Below, piece by piece: positions 8,764 to 17,604 of a stretch of DNA of 64,000 bases. Under the pieces are notes generated by a model. The model was not told the DNA's origin. It did not search any database and was given only the letters and a program-made list of their open reading frames with translations. The position numbers were made by a program, and so were the translations under genes. This DNA is from a bacterium (GTDB taxonomy: Bacteria; Zixibacteria; MSB-5A5; GN15; FEB-12). Each line of letters opens with the position of its first letter. Within the stretch, counting starts at the first letter, position 1. The DNA lies in NCBI GenBank assembly GCA_043811375.1, contig JBDRNJ010000072.1, positions 1 through 64,000 of the forward strand, in the 5' to 3' direction.

Positions 8764-9648
8764 CTAAGGGGAAATACTTTTTTCAGCAGCCGTTACCGTA
8801 TTGGACATCAACATGGCAATCGTCATCGGCCCGACGCCTCCGGGAACGGGAGTAATGAAGGCGGCCTTCTCAACGCAGGCATCAAAATCGACATCGCCCA
8901 CCAAACGGTATCCCTTCGGTGAGGAGTCGTCATCGACACGATTTACACCAACGTCGATAATCACCGAACCGGTCTTGATCATGTCCGCCGTTATAGTCAT
9001 CGGTCGACCGACGGCGGCAATCAAAATATCGGCCCGGCGGGTAATGTCCGGCAGATTATTCGACCGGGAATGAGCCACAGTCACGGTGGCATTGGCCATC
9101 GGAGCTTTTTGCATCAACATGGCCGCCAGCGGTTTGCCTACTATATTGGAGCGGCCGACAATGACTGCCTCGCGCCCGGAAGGGTCAATATCATAATGTT
9201 CCAGCAGCTTGATGATCCCATGCGGAGTGCACGGAAGCAGACCGGGACGGCCGATCAGCATCAACCCGACATTGTGCGGGTGAAATCCATCGACGTCCTT
9301 ATGAGGTAAGATAGTAAGTGTTACGGCCTCTTCGTCCATGTGTGACGGCAGCGGCGACTGAATCAGGATACCGTGTATCTGTGGGTTTTGATTTAATGAT
9401 GTAACGATATCAACCAACTCCGTCTGGGTGAGATCGGCCGGTTTCCTGATCACTTCCGAATGCAGTTCCAGTTTCCCGCACATCTTGATTTTGCTGTTGA
9501 CGTAGGTGGCCGAGGCGGGATCGTCGCCCACCAGCACCGCTGCCAGTCCCGGGATCACTCCCCTCTCTTTAAGAGACGCGATTCGGGGCTTGAGTCCGAT
9601 TCGTACTGTTTTCGCAACTTCCTTACCGTTAATGAGTTGTGCAATCAT
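8764..9648 (-). CDS. folD: Bifunctional methylenetetrahydrofolate dehydrogenase/cyclohydrolase
   Basis: KDVDGFHP, PCTP, GRSNIVGKP and TPVPGGVGPMTIAML motifs. Confidence 0.98.
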   Translation of the reverse strand: MIAQLINGKEVAKTVRIGLKPRIASLKERGVIPGLAAVLVGDDPASATYVNSKIKMCGKLELHSEVIRKPADLTQTELVDIVTSLNQNPQIHGILIQSPLPSHMDEEAVTLTILPHKDVDGFHPHNVGLMLIGRPGLLPCTPHGIIKLLEHYDIDPSGREAVIVGRSNIVGKPLAAMLMQKAPMANATVTVAHSRSNNLPDITRRADILIAAVGRPMTITADMIKTGSVIIDVGVNRVDDDSSPKGYRLVGDVDFDACVEKAAFITPVPGGVGPMTIAMLMSNTVTAAEKSISP

Positions 9649-9662
9649 TCTCAAGTATTTCT

Positions 9663-10490
9663 TTATATTTCGGGGGTGGTGGTGTCAGCCCTGAAATTCT
9701 CCGAGTCAAAATCCTCCCGGAAGCGTTCGATATGGTGTGCCCGGCCGTCGTCCGGATTGATCTTTAATATCACTCCGGATATCTTGATGTCCCCTCCGGC
9801 GGTGGTGAAACGTTTCGGCATACCGGTGAGAAACCGCTGCAGCGAGGGTTCCTTTTCCATTCCGATAATCGAATCATGGGCTCCGGTCATACCGGCGTCG
9901 CTAATATAAGCGGTCCCGCGACGGGAGATGCATTCGTCGGCGGTCTGTACATGGGTATGAGTGCCGATAATAGCCGAGACCTTGCCGTCCAGATGGTACA
10001 GCATGGCCTGTTTCTCCGAAGTAGCTTCTCCATGGAAGTCGACCACAATGATTTCCGTCTCCTTGCTCAGTGTGACCAGTTCCCGGTCGGCCACCTGGAA
10101 GGGACAGTCGATATCCTTCATATAGACCCGTCCCATCAGATTGAGGGTGGCGATTTTCCAGTTACCGATTTTCTCGACATAGGCGCCGGTGCCGGGCGCC
10201 CGGGAGGGATAATTGGCCGGTCGCAGCAGCTTGGGTCTATCGTCGAAGAACCTGACAATGTCGTAACGATCCCAGATGTGGTTGCCTGAAGTCTGAATAT
10301 CGATCCCATAGGAAAAGATTTTGCGGCACATCTCCGGTGTAATACCGAAGCCTCCGGCGGCATTTTCCACGTTGGCGATGACATAGTCGGCGGCATGTTT
10401 TCCCCGCAACGGTTTGATCATATGAGCCGTTGCCTGTCGCCCTGCTTTGCCGCAGATGTCGGCCACAAAAAGTATCGTTATCAGATCCAT
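9663..10490 (-). CDS. ymdB: YmdB-family metallophosphoesterase
   Basis: ANVENAAGG, TSGNHIWD, RPANYP, DFHGEATSEK, GTHTHVQTAD; directly downstream of rny. Start may be 10505. Confidence 0.93.
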   Translation of the reverse strand: MDLITILFVADICGKAGRQATAHMIKPLRGKHAADYVIANVENAAGGFGITPEMCRKIFSYGIDIQTSGNHIWDRYDIVRFFDDRPKLLRPANYPSRAPGTGAYVEKIGNWKIATLNLMGRVYMKDIDCPFQVADRELVTLSKETEIIVVDFHGEATSEKQAMLYHLDGKVSAIIGTHTHVQTADECISRRGTAYISDAGMTGAHDSIIGMEKEPSLQRFLTGMPKRFTTAGGDIKISGVILKINPDDGRAHHIERFREDFDSENFRADTTTPEI

Positions 10491-10532
10491 CAGGTCGGTC
10501 TCCAACTCGAGGGAGCAATCATCCCCATGGCG

Positions 10533-12098
10533 TCACTTGGCATATTCCGTGGCGCGTATCTCACGGACGACCGTCACTTTCACCTGCCCGGGGTACTGCA
10601 TTTCCTTTTCGATCTTCTCAGCAATGTCACCGGCCAGGACGGAACTGGCCAGATCGTCCAGGATCCGGTTTTCAACGATCACGCGCACTTCGCGGCCGGC
10701 CTGGATAGCGTACGCTTTGGACACACCTTTGAAGCTGTCGGCCAGTTCTTCCAGTTGCTGCAGACGTTTGATGTAAGCCTCGAGCGGTTCCCGCCGGGCT
10801 CCCGGACGAGCGCCGGAGATGGCATCAGCCGCCTGCACCAGAACCGGATAGGGACCGATCATGGGAACGTCGCCATGGTGAGCCTCGATGGCATTGATGA
10901 CTACCTCGCTCTCCTTAAAGCGTCGCATGAAGTCGGCGCCGATTTGAGTGTGAGTTCCCTCGGTTTCGCGATCAATAGCTTTTCCAACGTCATGCAACAG
11001 ACCACAGCGCTTGGCCAGCGCCCCGTCGAGTTCCAGTTCAGCCGCCATCAGACCGCACAGCATGGCCACTTCTTTGCAGTGGGCCAGCACGTTCTGACCG
11101 TAGGAGGTGCGGAAATGCAGCTTGCCCAGCATATTGACGATGTCGGCGTGCAAACCGTGGACTCCCAGTTCAAAACAGGCCTGCTCACCAGCCTCGCGGA
11201 CAATTACCTCCATCTCCTTGCCGGCTTTCTCGACGGCTTCCTCGATACGGGTAGGGTGAATGCGGCCGTCGGCAACCAGCTTCTCCAGTGCCATACGACC
11301 AATTTCACGCCGTACCGGGTCGTAGCCGGACAGAATAACCGCTTCCGGGGTATCATCAACAATCACGTCGATGCCGGTGGCCGTCTCAAAGGCTCGTATA
11401 TTACGGCCCTCACGGCCAATAATGCGGCCCTTCATTTCGTCGCCGGGAAGGTTGACCACGGAGACGGTCGACTCCACCGTATGATCGGCGGCACAGCGAT
11501 AGATCGATGAGATAATGATCTCCTTGGCTTCTTTGTCGGCGTCCCGCACAGACTGGTCCCTTATCTCCTTGATATAGGCGGCTGCTTCCACCTTGGCCGC
11601 ATTGACCATATTCTCCATCAGTTGTTTTTTGGCTTCTTCGGGGGTCATCTGGGCGATGCGTTGCAGCTTTTCATTCTGACTGCGGATAACCTCTTCCAGT
11701 TCCTCCTCTCGAAGAGTGATCCCCTTCTCACGCGTCTGTATGGATTTTTCGCGTCCAGCCATTTCGCGGTCACGATCCTGCAGGAAATCCAGCTTCTTTT
11801 CCGTGGAAGCTTGTCTCTCCTGAAGTCTCTTTTCGTCAGACTCCAGTTGGCGGCGTTTCTTTTCAGCCTCCCGTTCGACTTCACCTTTCCTCCGGAGCCA
11901 TTCCTCACGGGCTTCAAGGGTAGCTTCCTTTTTTCTAAGTTGGGCATCCTTTTTGGCCTCTTCCACCAGCCGGGTAGCTTCCTTTGCAGCGCCGCTCAAC
12001 CTGCGACTGGAAAGGCTGCGGGCCAGATACCAGGAGAGTAAGAATGATACCAGACCAACGACAATTGCTATCAGAATAAATATGACCAGATCATCCAT
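10533..12098 (-). CDS. rny: Ribonuclease Y
   Basis: N-terminal TM, coiled coil, KH domain (MKGRIIGREGRNIR) and HD domain (LLHDVGKA). GGAGG RBS precedes the ATG at 12098. Confidence 0.98.
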   Translation of the reverse strand: MDDLVIFILIAIVVGLVSFLLSWYLARSLSSRRLSGAAKEATRLVEEAKKDAQLRKKEATLEAREEWLRRKGEVEREAEKKRRQLESDEKRLQERQASTEKKLDFLQDRDREMAGREKSIQTREKGITLREEELEEVIRSQNEKLQRIAQMTPEEAKKQLMENMVNAAKVEAAAYIKEIRDQSVRDADKEAKEIIISSIYRCAADHTVESTVSVVNLPGDEMKGRIIGREGRNIRAFETATGIDVIVDDTPEAVILSGYDPVRREIGRMALEKLVADGRIHPTRIEEAVEKAGKEMEVIVREAGEQACFELGVHGLHADIVNMLGKLHFRTSYGQNVLAHCKEVAMLCGLMAAELELDGALAKRCGLLHDVGKAIDRETEGTHTQIGADFMRRFKESEVVINAIEAHHGDVPMIGPYPVLVQAADAISGARPGARREPLEAYIKRLQQLEELADSFKGVSKAYAIQAGREVRVIVENRILDDLASSVLAGDIAEKIEKEMQYPGQVKVTVVREIRATEYAK

Positions 12099-12189
12099 AG
12101 TGTCCTCCCATCCGACTAAAAATGCCGGATGCAGCATTTATGTGAAAACGCCGGAATAAAAAGACACCGAGCCTGAAAACGGCGATCCG

Positions 12190-12498
12190 TCAGGAACCGA
12201 CCGGCTCGTCGGCCAGGGCATCGTTGAGATTGGCCAGGACTCTATCCAGTGCTGAGTGAGCGTCTTGCTGAGCCGGATCGTCCAGTTCGGACTTCTCCAG
12301 CAGTTCGGATGCAATTGACATCGCTGCCAGAATAGCCACCTTGTCACGAGCCTGAATGCGGCCGACCCGGGCAGCTTCGTTCATCTTTGAATCGACATAT
12401 TCGGCGACGCGCACAATATGGGCAGGATCGTTTACCCCGGTAATGGGATAATCCTCGCCAAATATATGTACTACAACCTTGTTTTCATCAACACTCAC
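12190..12498 (-). CDS. zapA: Cell division protein ZapA
   Basis: V-x-IFGEDY...VAEYVDSKM...AILAAMSIASEL; conserved pheT-zapA-rny synteny. Confidence 0.9.
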   Translation of the reverse strand: MSVDENKVVVHIFGEDYPITGVNDPAHIVRVAEYVDSKMNEAARVGRIQARDKVAILAAMSIASELLEKSELDDPAQQDAHSALDRVLANLNDALADEPVGS

Positions 12499-12561
12499 AG
12501 ATGTCCGTCCCTATAACAGATACCAACGCCTGTGTCTTCTTATCCTGCTAACTTGTAACAA

Positions 12562-12590
12562 CTTATAAAGGCCGGCGAGCCTGTTGTCAA
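12562..12590 (-). promoter_or_regulatory. Sigma70 promoter for zapA-rny-ymdB-folD
   Basis: Minus strand TTGACA-N17-TATAAG. Confidence 0.65.
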
Positions 12591-12599
12591 CAAAAAAAC

Positions 12600-12845
12600 T
12601 CACCGGTGCAATTCCTCCAACTCATCCAGTTTGCTCATGACCGTCAGCAATCGACCCTTGAACTCCTCGGCTCGGTCACGGTGGTCAAGCTTCAATTGGC
12701 GATACTCCTTACTGATACCGGTCAGTTCGGCTTTCAGCGCTGCGTTCTCCTTTTTCAGAGTCGCCTTTTCGCGCTTAATCCGCTCCAGAAGGTCCAGTAC
12801 CTTCTCAGCTTTTTCAACCAATGATTCAAGTTTACCCGGCATCAC
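12600..12845 (-). CDS. ZapB-like coiled-coil protein
   Basis: About 80 aa, all coiled coil, between pheT and zapA. Confidence 0.7.
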   Translation of the reverse strand: MMPGKLESLVEKAEKVLDLLERIKREKATLKKENAALKAELTGISKEYRQLKLDHRDRAEEFKGRLLTVMSKLDELEELHR

Positions 12846-15229
12846 TATTTATCCCTGATCTCAGCATTAAACATTTTCTTCAGGGAGTCAACCACTTTCT
12901 GCTGCAACTCATCAACTTGTTCGCTTGATAGACTGCCCCGGCGTGAGCGGTAGACTATATTGACCGCCACTGATTTCAGTCCTTTCTCGATCTGCTCGCC
13001 GCAATAGACATCAAAAATCCGCACCGACTCGGCCGGATCGCCGGCCGCTTTTTTAACGGCAGCCACCAGTTCCCCGGCGCGCACCCCGGCAGCCACCAGT
13101 ATCGCCAAGTCGCGGGGCGCCGCGGGATACTGAGCCAGCGGTACAAACCGTATTGACTTACGGCCGTCGCGACTGAGACAGTCGAGTTCGATTTCAGCCA
13201 GGAAGACCGGCTGGTCTATATCGAGTTTATCAAGCAGCGCTGATGCCACCCGGCCGACGACACCGCAGGTTTGACCCTTCGACGAGACGCAGAAGGAAGT
13301 GGCGCGGTCAAGACAGGCTGCCTCACCCGGTTCGAAGCTGAAAGGCGGCCAGCGGAAATGATCGACCAGACGCTCGAGTCCACCCGTAACATCATAGAAA
13401 TCAAGTTTTCGCGGCTGTTGTCTCCAGCCGCTGGAAGTGGCGCCGGTAACGGCCAGCAATACCCGCAGCTTCTCCCGCCACCGGTCCTGTTCGTCCGGGG
13501 GAAAATAGACCTTGCCGACCTCAAACAGGCGCAAGTCGAGATTCCGGTGGGCGATATTATGTTTGATTACCGACAGGGCCGCCGGTATCAGCGAATTACG
13601 CACGATGTCAAGCTCCCGGGAAACCGAGTTAACCAGGCGCAATTGCGGTTCGTCCGGATTGACCTGCCGGCTCAGACCGCTCTCGGCCAGACCGTGACCC
13701 AGCATCTCGTCGAATCCGGCGCCGGTCAGAGTCCGCCGAAGGTCATTCAGGAAAACGTCAAGTTCGTGCCGGGGGGCATACAACGGACCGATATTGGTCA
13801 CCGCATCGGGAATGTTATCGTAACCTTCAATCCGGGCTACTTCCTCAATCAGGTCAATTTCGCGCCCTATATCCGGCCGGAAAGCAGGCACCGTCACCTG
13901 CAGCGGATCGGTGTCTTCCACGGTGAACTCAAGCCCGGTGAATATCTTTTTCATGCGTTCGCGTGAAATATCGGTACCCAGTACCTTGTTGCACCGTCCG
14001 GGACGAAAATCCACACGGACAGGTTCAATTTTTTTCGGGTAACAGTCGACCATACCCTGAAGCACTTCTCCCCCGCACAACTCCTGCAGGAGGAAAGCGG
14101 CCCGGTCGATAGCAAAAGGAATCCCGTTGGGGTCGGCGCCTTTCTCGAATCGCATCGATGATTCCGACACGGTTTCCAATCGGCGACGGCTTTTGCGAAT
14201 CACGGAGGGGTCGAAATAAGCGGCTTCCAGCAGCAACTCGGAAGTGCTGTCGTCAACCTCTGATTCCAGCCCACCCATAACACCGGCTGCCGCAACCGGC
14301 GCCTGGCCGTTGGTTATCAGCAGAACCTCGGGTGTCAATTCATGCTCACAGCCGTCGAGGGTTGTGAACTTCTCGCCCGACGTGGCCCGCCTTACGACTA
14401 CCTCGCGAGAACCAAAGCGGTCCAGGTCGAAGGCGTGCAGCGGGTGGCCGGTTTCCAGCATGACCAGGTTGGTGATATCGACCACGTTGGAGATCGGTCG
14501 AACTCCCGACATCAGCAGTTTCTTCTTCACCCACCAGGGTGACGGCGCCACCTTGGTGTTGCGAATCAGACGGGCGGCATAGCGGGGGCAGCCGTGAGGA
14601 TCTTCAGTGGTGACGGTGATATACTCGGCAGTCTTCTGCGATGACTCTCGCAGAGCGACCTCCGGCCGTCGTAAGGTGGTTCCGGCCAGGGCCGCCATGT
14701 CCCGTGCGATTCCTATGGCCGACATGGAATCGGCCCGGTTGGGAGTCAACTCAAAAGTAAGCATGTAGTCATGGAAATCAAGATACTCGACCAGCGGCGT
14801 CCCGACCGGGGCGTCATCATCAAGAACCAGGATTCCCGAATGATCCTGAGAAATTCCCAGTTCCCGCTCCGAGCAGATCATCGCCTGCGACTCAACTCCT
14901 CGAATACGGGTCTTTTTCATCTCAAAGCCCTCGGCCAGCCGGGTGCCGATCAGCGCCGCCGGGACTTTTTGACCGATAGCTACGTTGGGCGCACCACAGA
15001 CACTGTCAAGCGATTCGTTACCGATGTTCACTCGCGCCAGCCTGATCCTGGTGGCTCCCTCGATCGGCAGCAGATCGACAACTTCGCCGACGACCACCTT
15101 ATCCATGTAGCGATCAGCAGCTATGACCTCTTCGCAGGCCGTGCCGCACATGGTCAGTCTGCGTTCGGTTTCTTCAACCGACCAGTCCAGTCCGGTCAGC
15201 TCCTTCAACCAGTTGAACGATACTTTCAT
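12845..15229 (-). CDS. pheT: Phenylalanyl-tRNA synthetase beta subunit
   Basis: MKVSFNWLKE, VCGAPNV, ELTPNRAD, RFEKG, DLIEEVARIEGY and the C-terminal anticodon-binding domain. Confidence 0.98.
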   Translation of the reverse strand: MKVSFNWLKELTGLDWSVEETERRLTMCGTACEEVIAADRYMDKVVVGEVVDLLPIEGATRIRLARVNIGNESLDSVCGAPNVAIGQKVPAALIGTRLAEGFEMKKTRIRGVESQAMICSERELGISQDHSGILVLDDDAPVGTPLVEYLDFHDYMLTFELTPNRADSMSAIGIARDMAALAGTTLRRPEVALRESSQKTAEYITVTTEDPHGCPRYAARLIRNTKVAPSPWWVKKKLLMSGVRPISNVVDITNLVMLETGHPLHAFDLDRFGSREVVVRRATSGEKFTTLDGCEHELTPEVLLITNGQAPVAAAGVMGGLESEVDDSTSELLLEAAYFDPSVIRKSRRRLETVSESSMRFEKGADPNGIPFAIDRAAFLLQELCGGEVLQGMVDCYPKKIEPVRVDFRPGRCNKVLGTDISRERMKKIFTGLEFTVEDTDPLQVTVPAFRPDIGREIDLIEEVARIEGYDNIPDAVTNIGPLYAPRHELDVFLNDLRRTLTGAGFDEMLGHGLAESGLSRQVNPDEPQLRLVNSVSRELDIVRNSLIPAALSVIKHNIAHRNLDLRLFEVGKVYFPPDEQDRWREKLRVLLAVTGATSSGWRQQPRKLDFYDVTGGLERLVDHFRWPPFSFEPGEAACLDRATSFCVSSKGQTCGVVGRVASALLDKLDIDQPVFLAEIELDCLSRDGRKSIRFVPLAQYPAAPRDLAILVAAGVRAGELVAAVKKAAGDPAESVRIFDVYCGEQIEKGLKSVAVNIVYRSRRGSLSSEQVDELQQKVVDSLKKMFNAEIRDK

Positions 15230-15231
15230 GA

Positions 15232-16245
15232 CTATTCAAACTGCCTCAGGAAACGGACATTGCTATTGAAAAGCAGGCGGATATCGTCAATCCTATATTT
15301 AAGCATGGCAATTCGTTCCACCCCGATACCGAAGGCATAGCCGGTATAACGCTCGGGGTCATGCCCGGTTTTTTCAAGAACGGCGGGGTCAATCATGCCG
15401 CAGCCGAGAATTTCCAACCAGCCGGAGTGCTTGCACAATTGACAGCCTTCCCCCCGGCAGAGGAAACACTGTATATCGACTTCCACCGAAGGTTCGGTGA
15501 AGGGGAAATAGGAAGGACGAAACTTCAACTTTAGTCTCTCTCCGAAGAAGGACCGACAAAAAGCTACCAGGGCGCCCTTGAGGTCGGACATTGTCACCCC
15601 TTCATCGACCAGAAAACCATCGACCTGGTAAAACGAAATGTGTGACCGGGTGGAGATAGCCTCGTTGCGAAAACAGCGACCCGGTGTAATGATCTTGATG
15701 GGCGGTTTCCGTTTCTCAAGTTCGCGGGCCTGTACCGGAGTGGTGTGCGTCCGCATCAGGCGGCCACCTTCCACAAAAAGAGTATCCTGCATATCACGGG
15801 CGGGATGGTCAGGCGGGAAATTGAGAGCTTCGAAATTGTAGTAGTCGGTCTCAATGTCCGGACCGTAGGCAATCTCAAAGCCCATACCATAGAAAGTTAC
15901 GCACATCTCGTCAATGACCTGGTTGAGAATATGCACCACGCCGATACGCTGAGCGGTCCCCGGCAAAGTGGGGTCGAGACCGGCGGACTCCTGCCCGGCG
16001 GCAAGCCGTATTTGAGCCTGCTTAAGTTGCTGTTCTATGGCAGTCCGGCACTTGTTGGCTGCAGCTCCGACAGCTTTACGTTCTTCGAGCGAGAACTCCC
16101 TGAGGGACTTCAGGACTGCGGTGACTGAGCCTTTACGACCCAGATAAGCGACGCGCAGGTCATTGAGTGACTGAAGTGAATCGGCCTGATCTATTTGCTG
16201 CAGCGCCTCCTGCTGGATCTGCTCAACCTTTTGAGGAAGCGACAT
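15232..16245 (-). CDS. pheS: Phenylalanyl-tRNA synthetase alpha subunit
   Basis: HPARDMQDT, RTHTTPVQ, FPFTEPS, GYAFGIGVERIAML. Confidence 0.98.
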   Translation of the reverse strand: MSLPQKVEQIQQEALQQIDQADSLQSLNDLRVAYLGRKGSVTAVLKSLREFSLEERKAVGAAANKCRTAIEQQLKQAQIRLAAGQESAGLDPTLPGTAQRIGVVHILNQVIDEMCVTFYGMGFEIAYGPDIETDYYNFEALNFPPDHPARDMQDTLFVEGGRLMRTHTTPVQARELEKRKPPIKIITPGRCFRNEAISTRSHISFYQVDGFLVDEGVTMSDLKGALVAFCRSFFGERLKLKFRPSYFPFTEPSVEVDIQCFLCRGEGCQLCKHSGWLEILGCGMIDPAVLEKTGHDPERYTGYAFGIGVERIAMLKYRIDDIRLLFNSNVRFLRQFE

Positions 16246-16266
16246 GGGACAACTACCTGTTGTTGG

Positions 16267-16617
16267 TTAGTCGCCTGCGGCCATCTTAGCGATATTGGCA
16301 AATGTAGTCATATCGCGGGCGGCGATATCAGCCAGCATCTTGCGGTCGAGATTGACACCAGCTTTCTTCAAACCGGCCATCAAGGTCGAATAGTTGGTGC
16401 CGCATATTTTGGCGGCGGCAGAGATGCGTGTTATCCACAGCCTGCGAAACACTCGCTTCTTATTACGACGATCACGGTATGCGTATTTCAGCCCCTTGTT
16501 GACCGTTTCCAGGGCAGTTCGGTATAGTGCCCGCCGGGCATTGTAATTACCCCGGGCTTTTTTTAGCACTTTCTTGTGTCGCTGTCTGGCGGCCACCTTG
16601 TTTTTAACGCGCGGCAT
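16267..16617 (-). CDS. rplT: 50S ribosomal protein L20
   Basis: MPRVK...YAYRDRR...FRRLWITRI...DRKMLAD. Confidence 0.98.
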   Translation of the reverse strand: MPRVKNKVAARQRHKKVLKKARGNYNARRALYRTALETVNKGLKYAYRDRRNKKRVFRRLWITRISAAAKICGTNYSTLMAGLKKAGVNLDRKMLADIAARDMTTFANIAKMAAGD

Positions 16618-16760
16618 AGCTGGTAATCTCCTTCTTCAATTGTTGATCCGGGCCAGCCCACGATGGCTGACTACCGGTGGCTGCCGGACCATACCCGGTA
16701 ACCTTCACCGGTTCACATCTTATTGGAAGGCAACCGGTTCGGTCGACGATATCGCGACCT

Positions 16761-16955
16761 CTACTTGGGCAGCATACGCCCGACCCGCTTGGCATCGGCT
16801 TTGGATATCACCGTTGACTTGCGGAGCTGACGCTTACGTTTGGGACTCATCTTAGTCAGAATGTGAGTCCGATACGCCTTGAATCTTTTAAATTTGCCGG
16901 AGGCCGTCCGCTTAAAGCGTTTGGCGGCCCCCCGCAGAGTTTTCATCTTCGGCAT
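16761..16955 (-). CDS. rpmI: 50S ribosomal protein L35
   Basis: [15 protein letters not shown]...[22 protein letters not shown] before the ATG at 16955. Confidence 0.96.
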   Translation of the reverse strand: MPKMKTLRGAAKRFKRTASGKFKRFKAYRTHILTKMSPKRKRQLRKSTVISKADAKRVGRMLPK

Positions 16956-17592
16956 GGGTTTCCTCTGGTTGTGCGCTAACGGCATCAGGACTGTCGGTTT
17001 CAATCGCTGTCGGGCCGGAGTCATCCGGGTCCCTGGCAGCCTTCTCGGAATCCACGGACTGCCGACTCTTCTTGATAATCTCCGGTTTCGGGGACAGGAC
17101 CATCGTCATCTTGCGTCCGTCGAGCTTGGGAGGAATTTCGACAGACGAAATATCCGACAGGTCATTGGCTACACGATCCAGAATTTTCCGGCCGTACTCG
17201 GTGTAAGCCATTTCCCGTCCGCGGAACATAACAAACGTCTTGACCTTACTGCCGGTTTCGATAAACGACCGCACGTGCCTGGTTTTGAAGTTAAAATCGT
17301 GGTCGTCGATCTTGGGTCGGTAGCGCATCTCCTTCATTTGAAAGCTGTGCTGTTTCTTCTTGGCCGCCTTGTCCTTTTTGGACATTTCGTATTTATATTT
17401 GCCGTAATCAAGTATGCGGCACACCGGCGGGCGACTATTGGGAGCAACCTCGACCAGATCCAGGGCAAAGCCCTGAGCACGTTCCAGAGCTTCGATGGTG
17501 GGCAAAATACCGATCTGCTCACCACCCGGCCCGATCAGCCTGACCGGCGAGACCCGTACCTGGCGGTTAATCCGTAAATCCTTATTAGCTAT
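16912..17592 (-). CDS. infC: Translation initiation factor IF-3, ATA start
   Basis: AGGAGG-ATTTC-ATA GCT AAT AAG ([12 protein letters not shown]...VRLIG) is in frame with DLVEVAP...DYGKYKYE...FRGRE. Confidence 0.95.
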   Translation of the reverse strand: MANKDLRINRQVRVSPVRLIGPGGEQIGILPTIEALERAQGFALDLVEVAPNSRPPVCRILDYGKYKYEMSKKDKAAKKKQHSFQMKEMRYRPKIDDHDFNFKTRHVRSFIETGSKVKTFVMFRGREMAYTEYGRKILDRVANDLSDISSVEIPPKLDGRKMTMVLSPKPEIIKKSRQSVDSEKAARDPDDSGPTAIETDSPDAVSAQPEETHAEDENSAGGRQTL

Positions 17593-17604
17593 GAAATCCT
17601 CCTG

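Noticed and set aside
8577..8922. Short plus-strand ORFs near the folD 3' end
   Set aside because: No RBS or motifs, they overlap folD, and they start upstream of the candidate promoter.
10395..11510. 371 aa plus-strand ORF
   Set aside because: Antisense shadow of rny with no recognisable motifs.
12099..12189. 6S RNA at its frequent position downstream of zapA
   Set aside because: The gap is only about 90 nt, too short, and no long rod-like pairing is visible.
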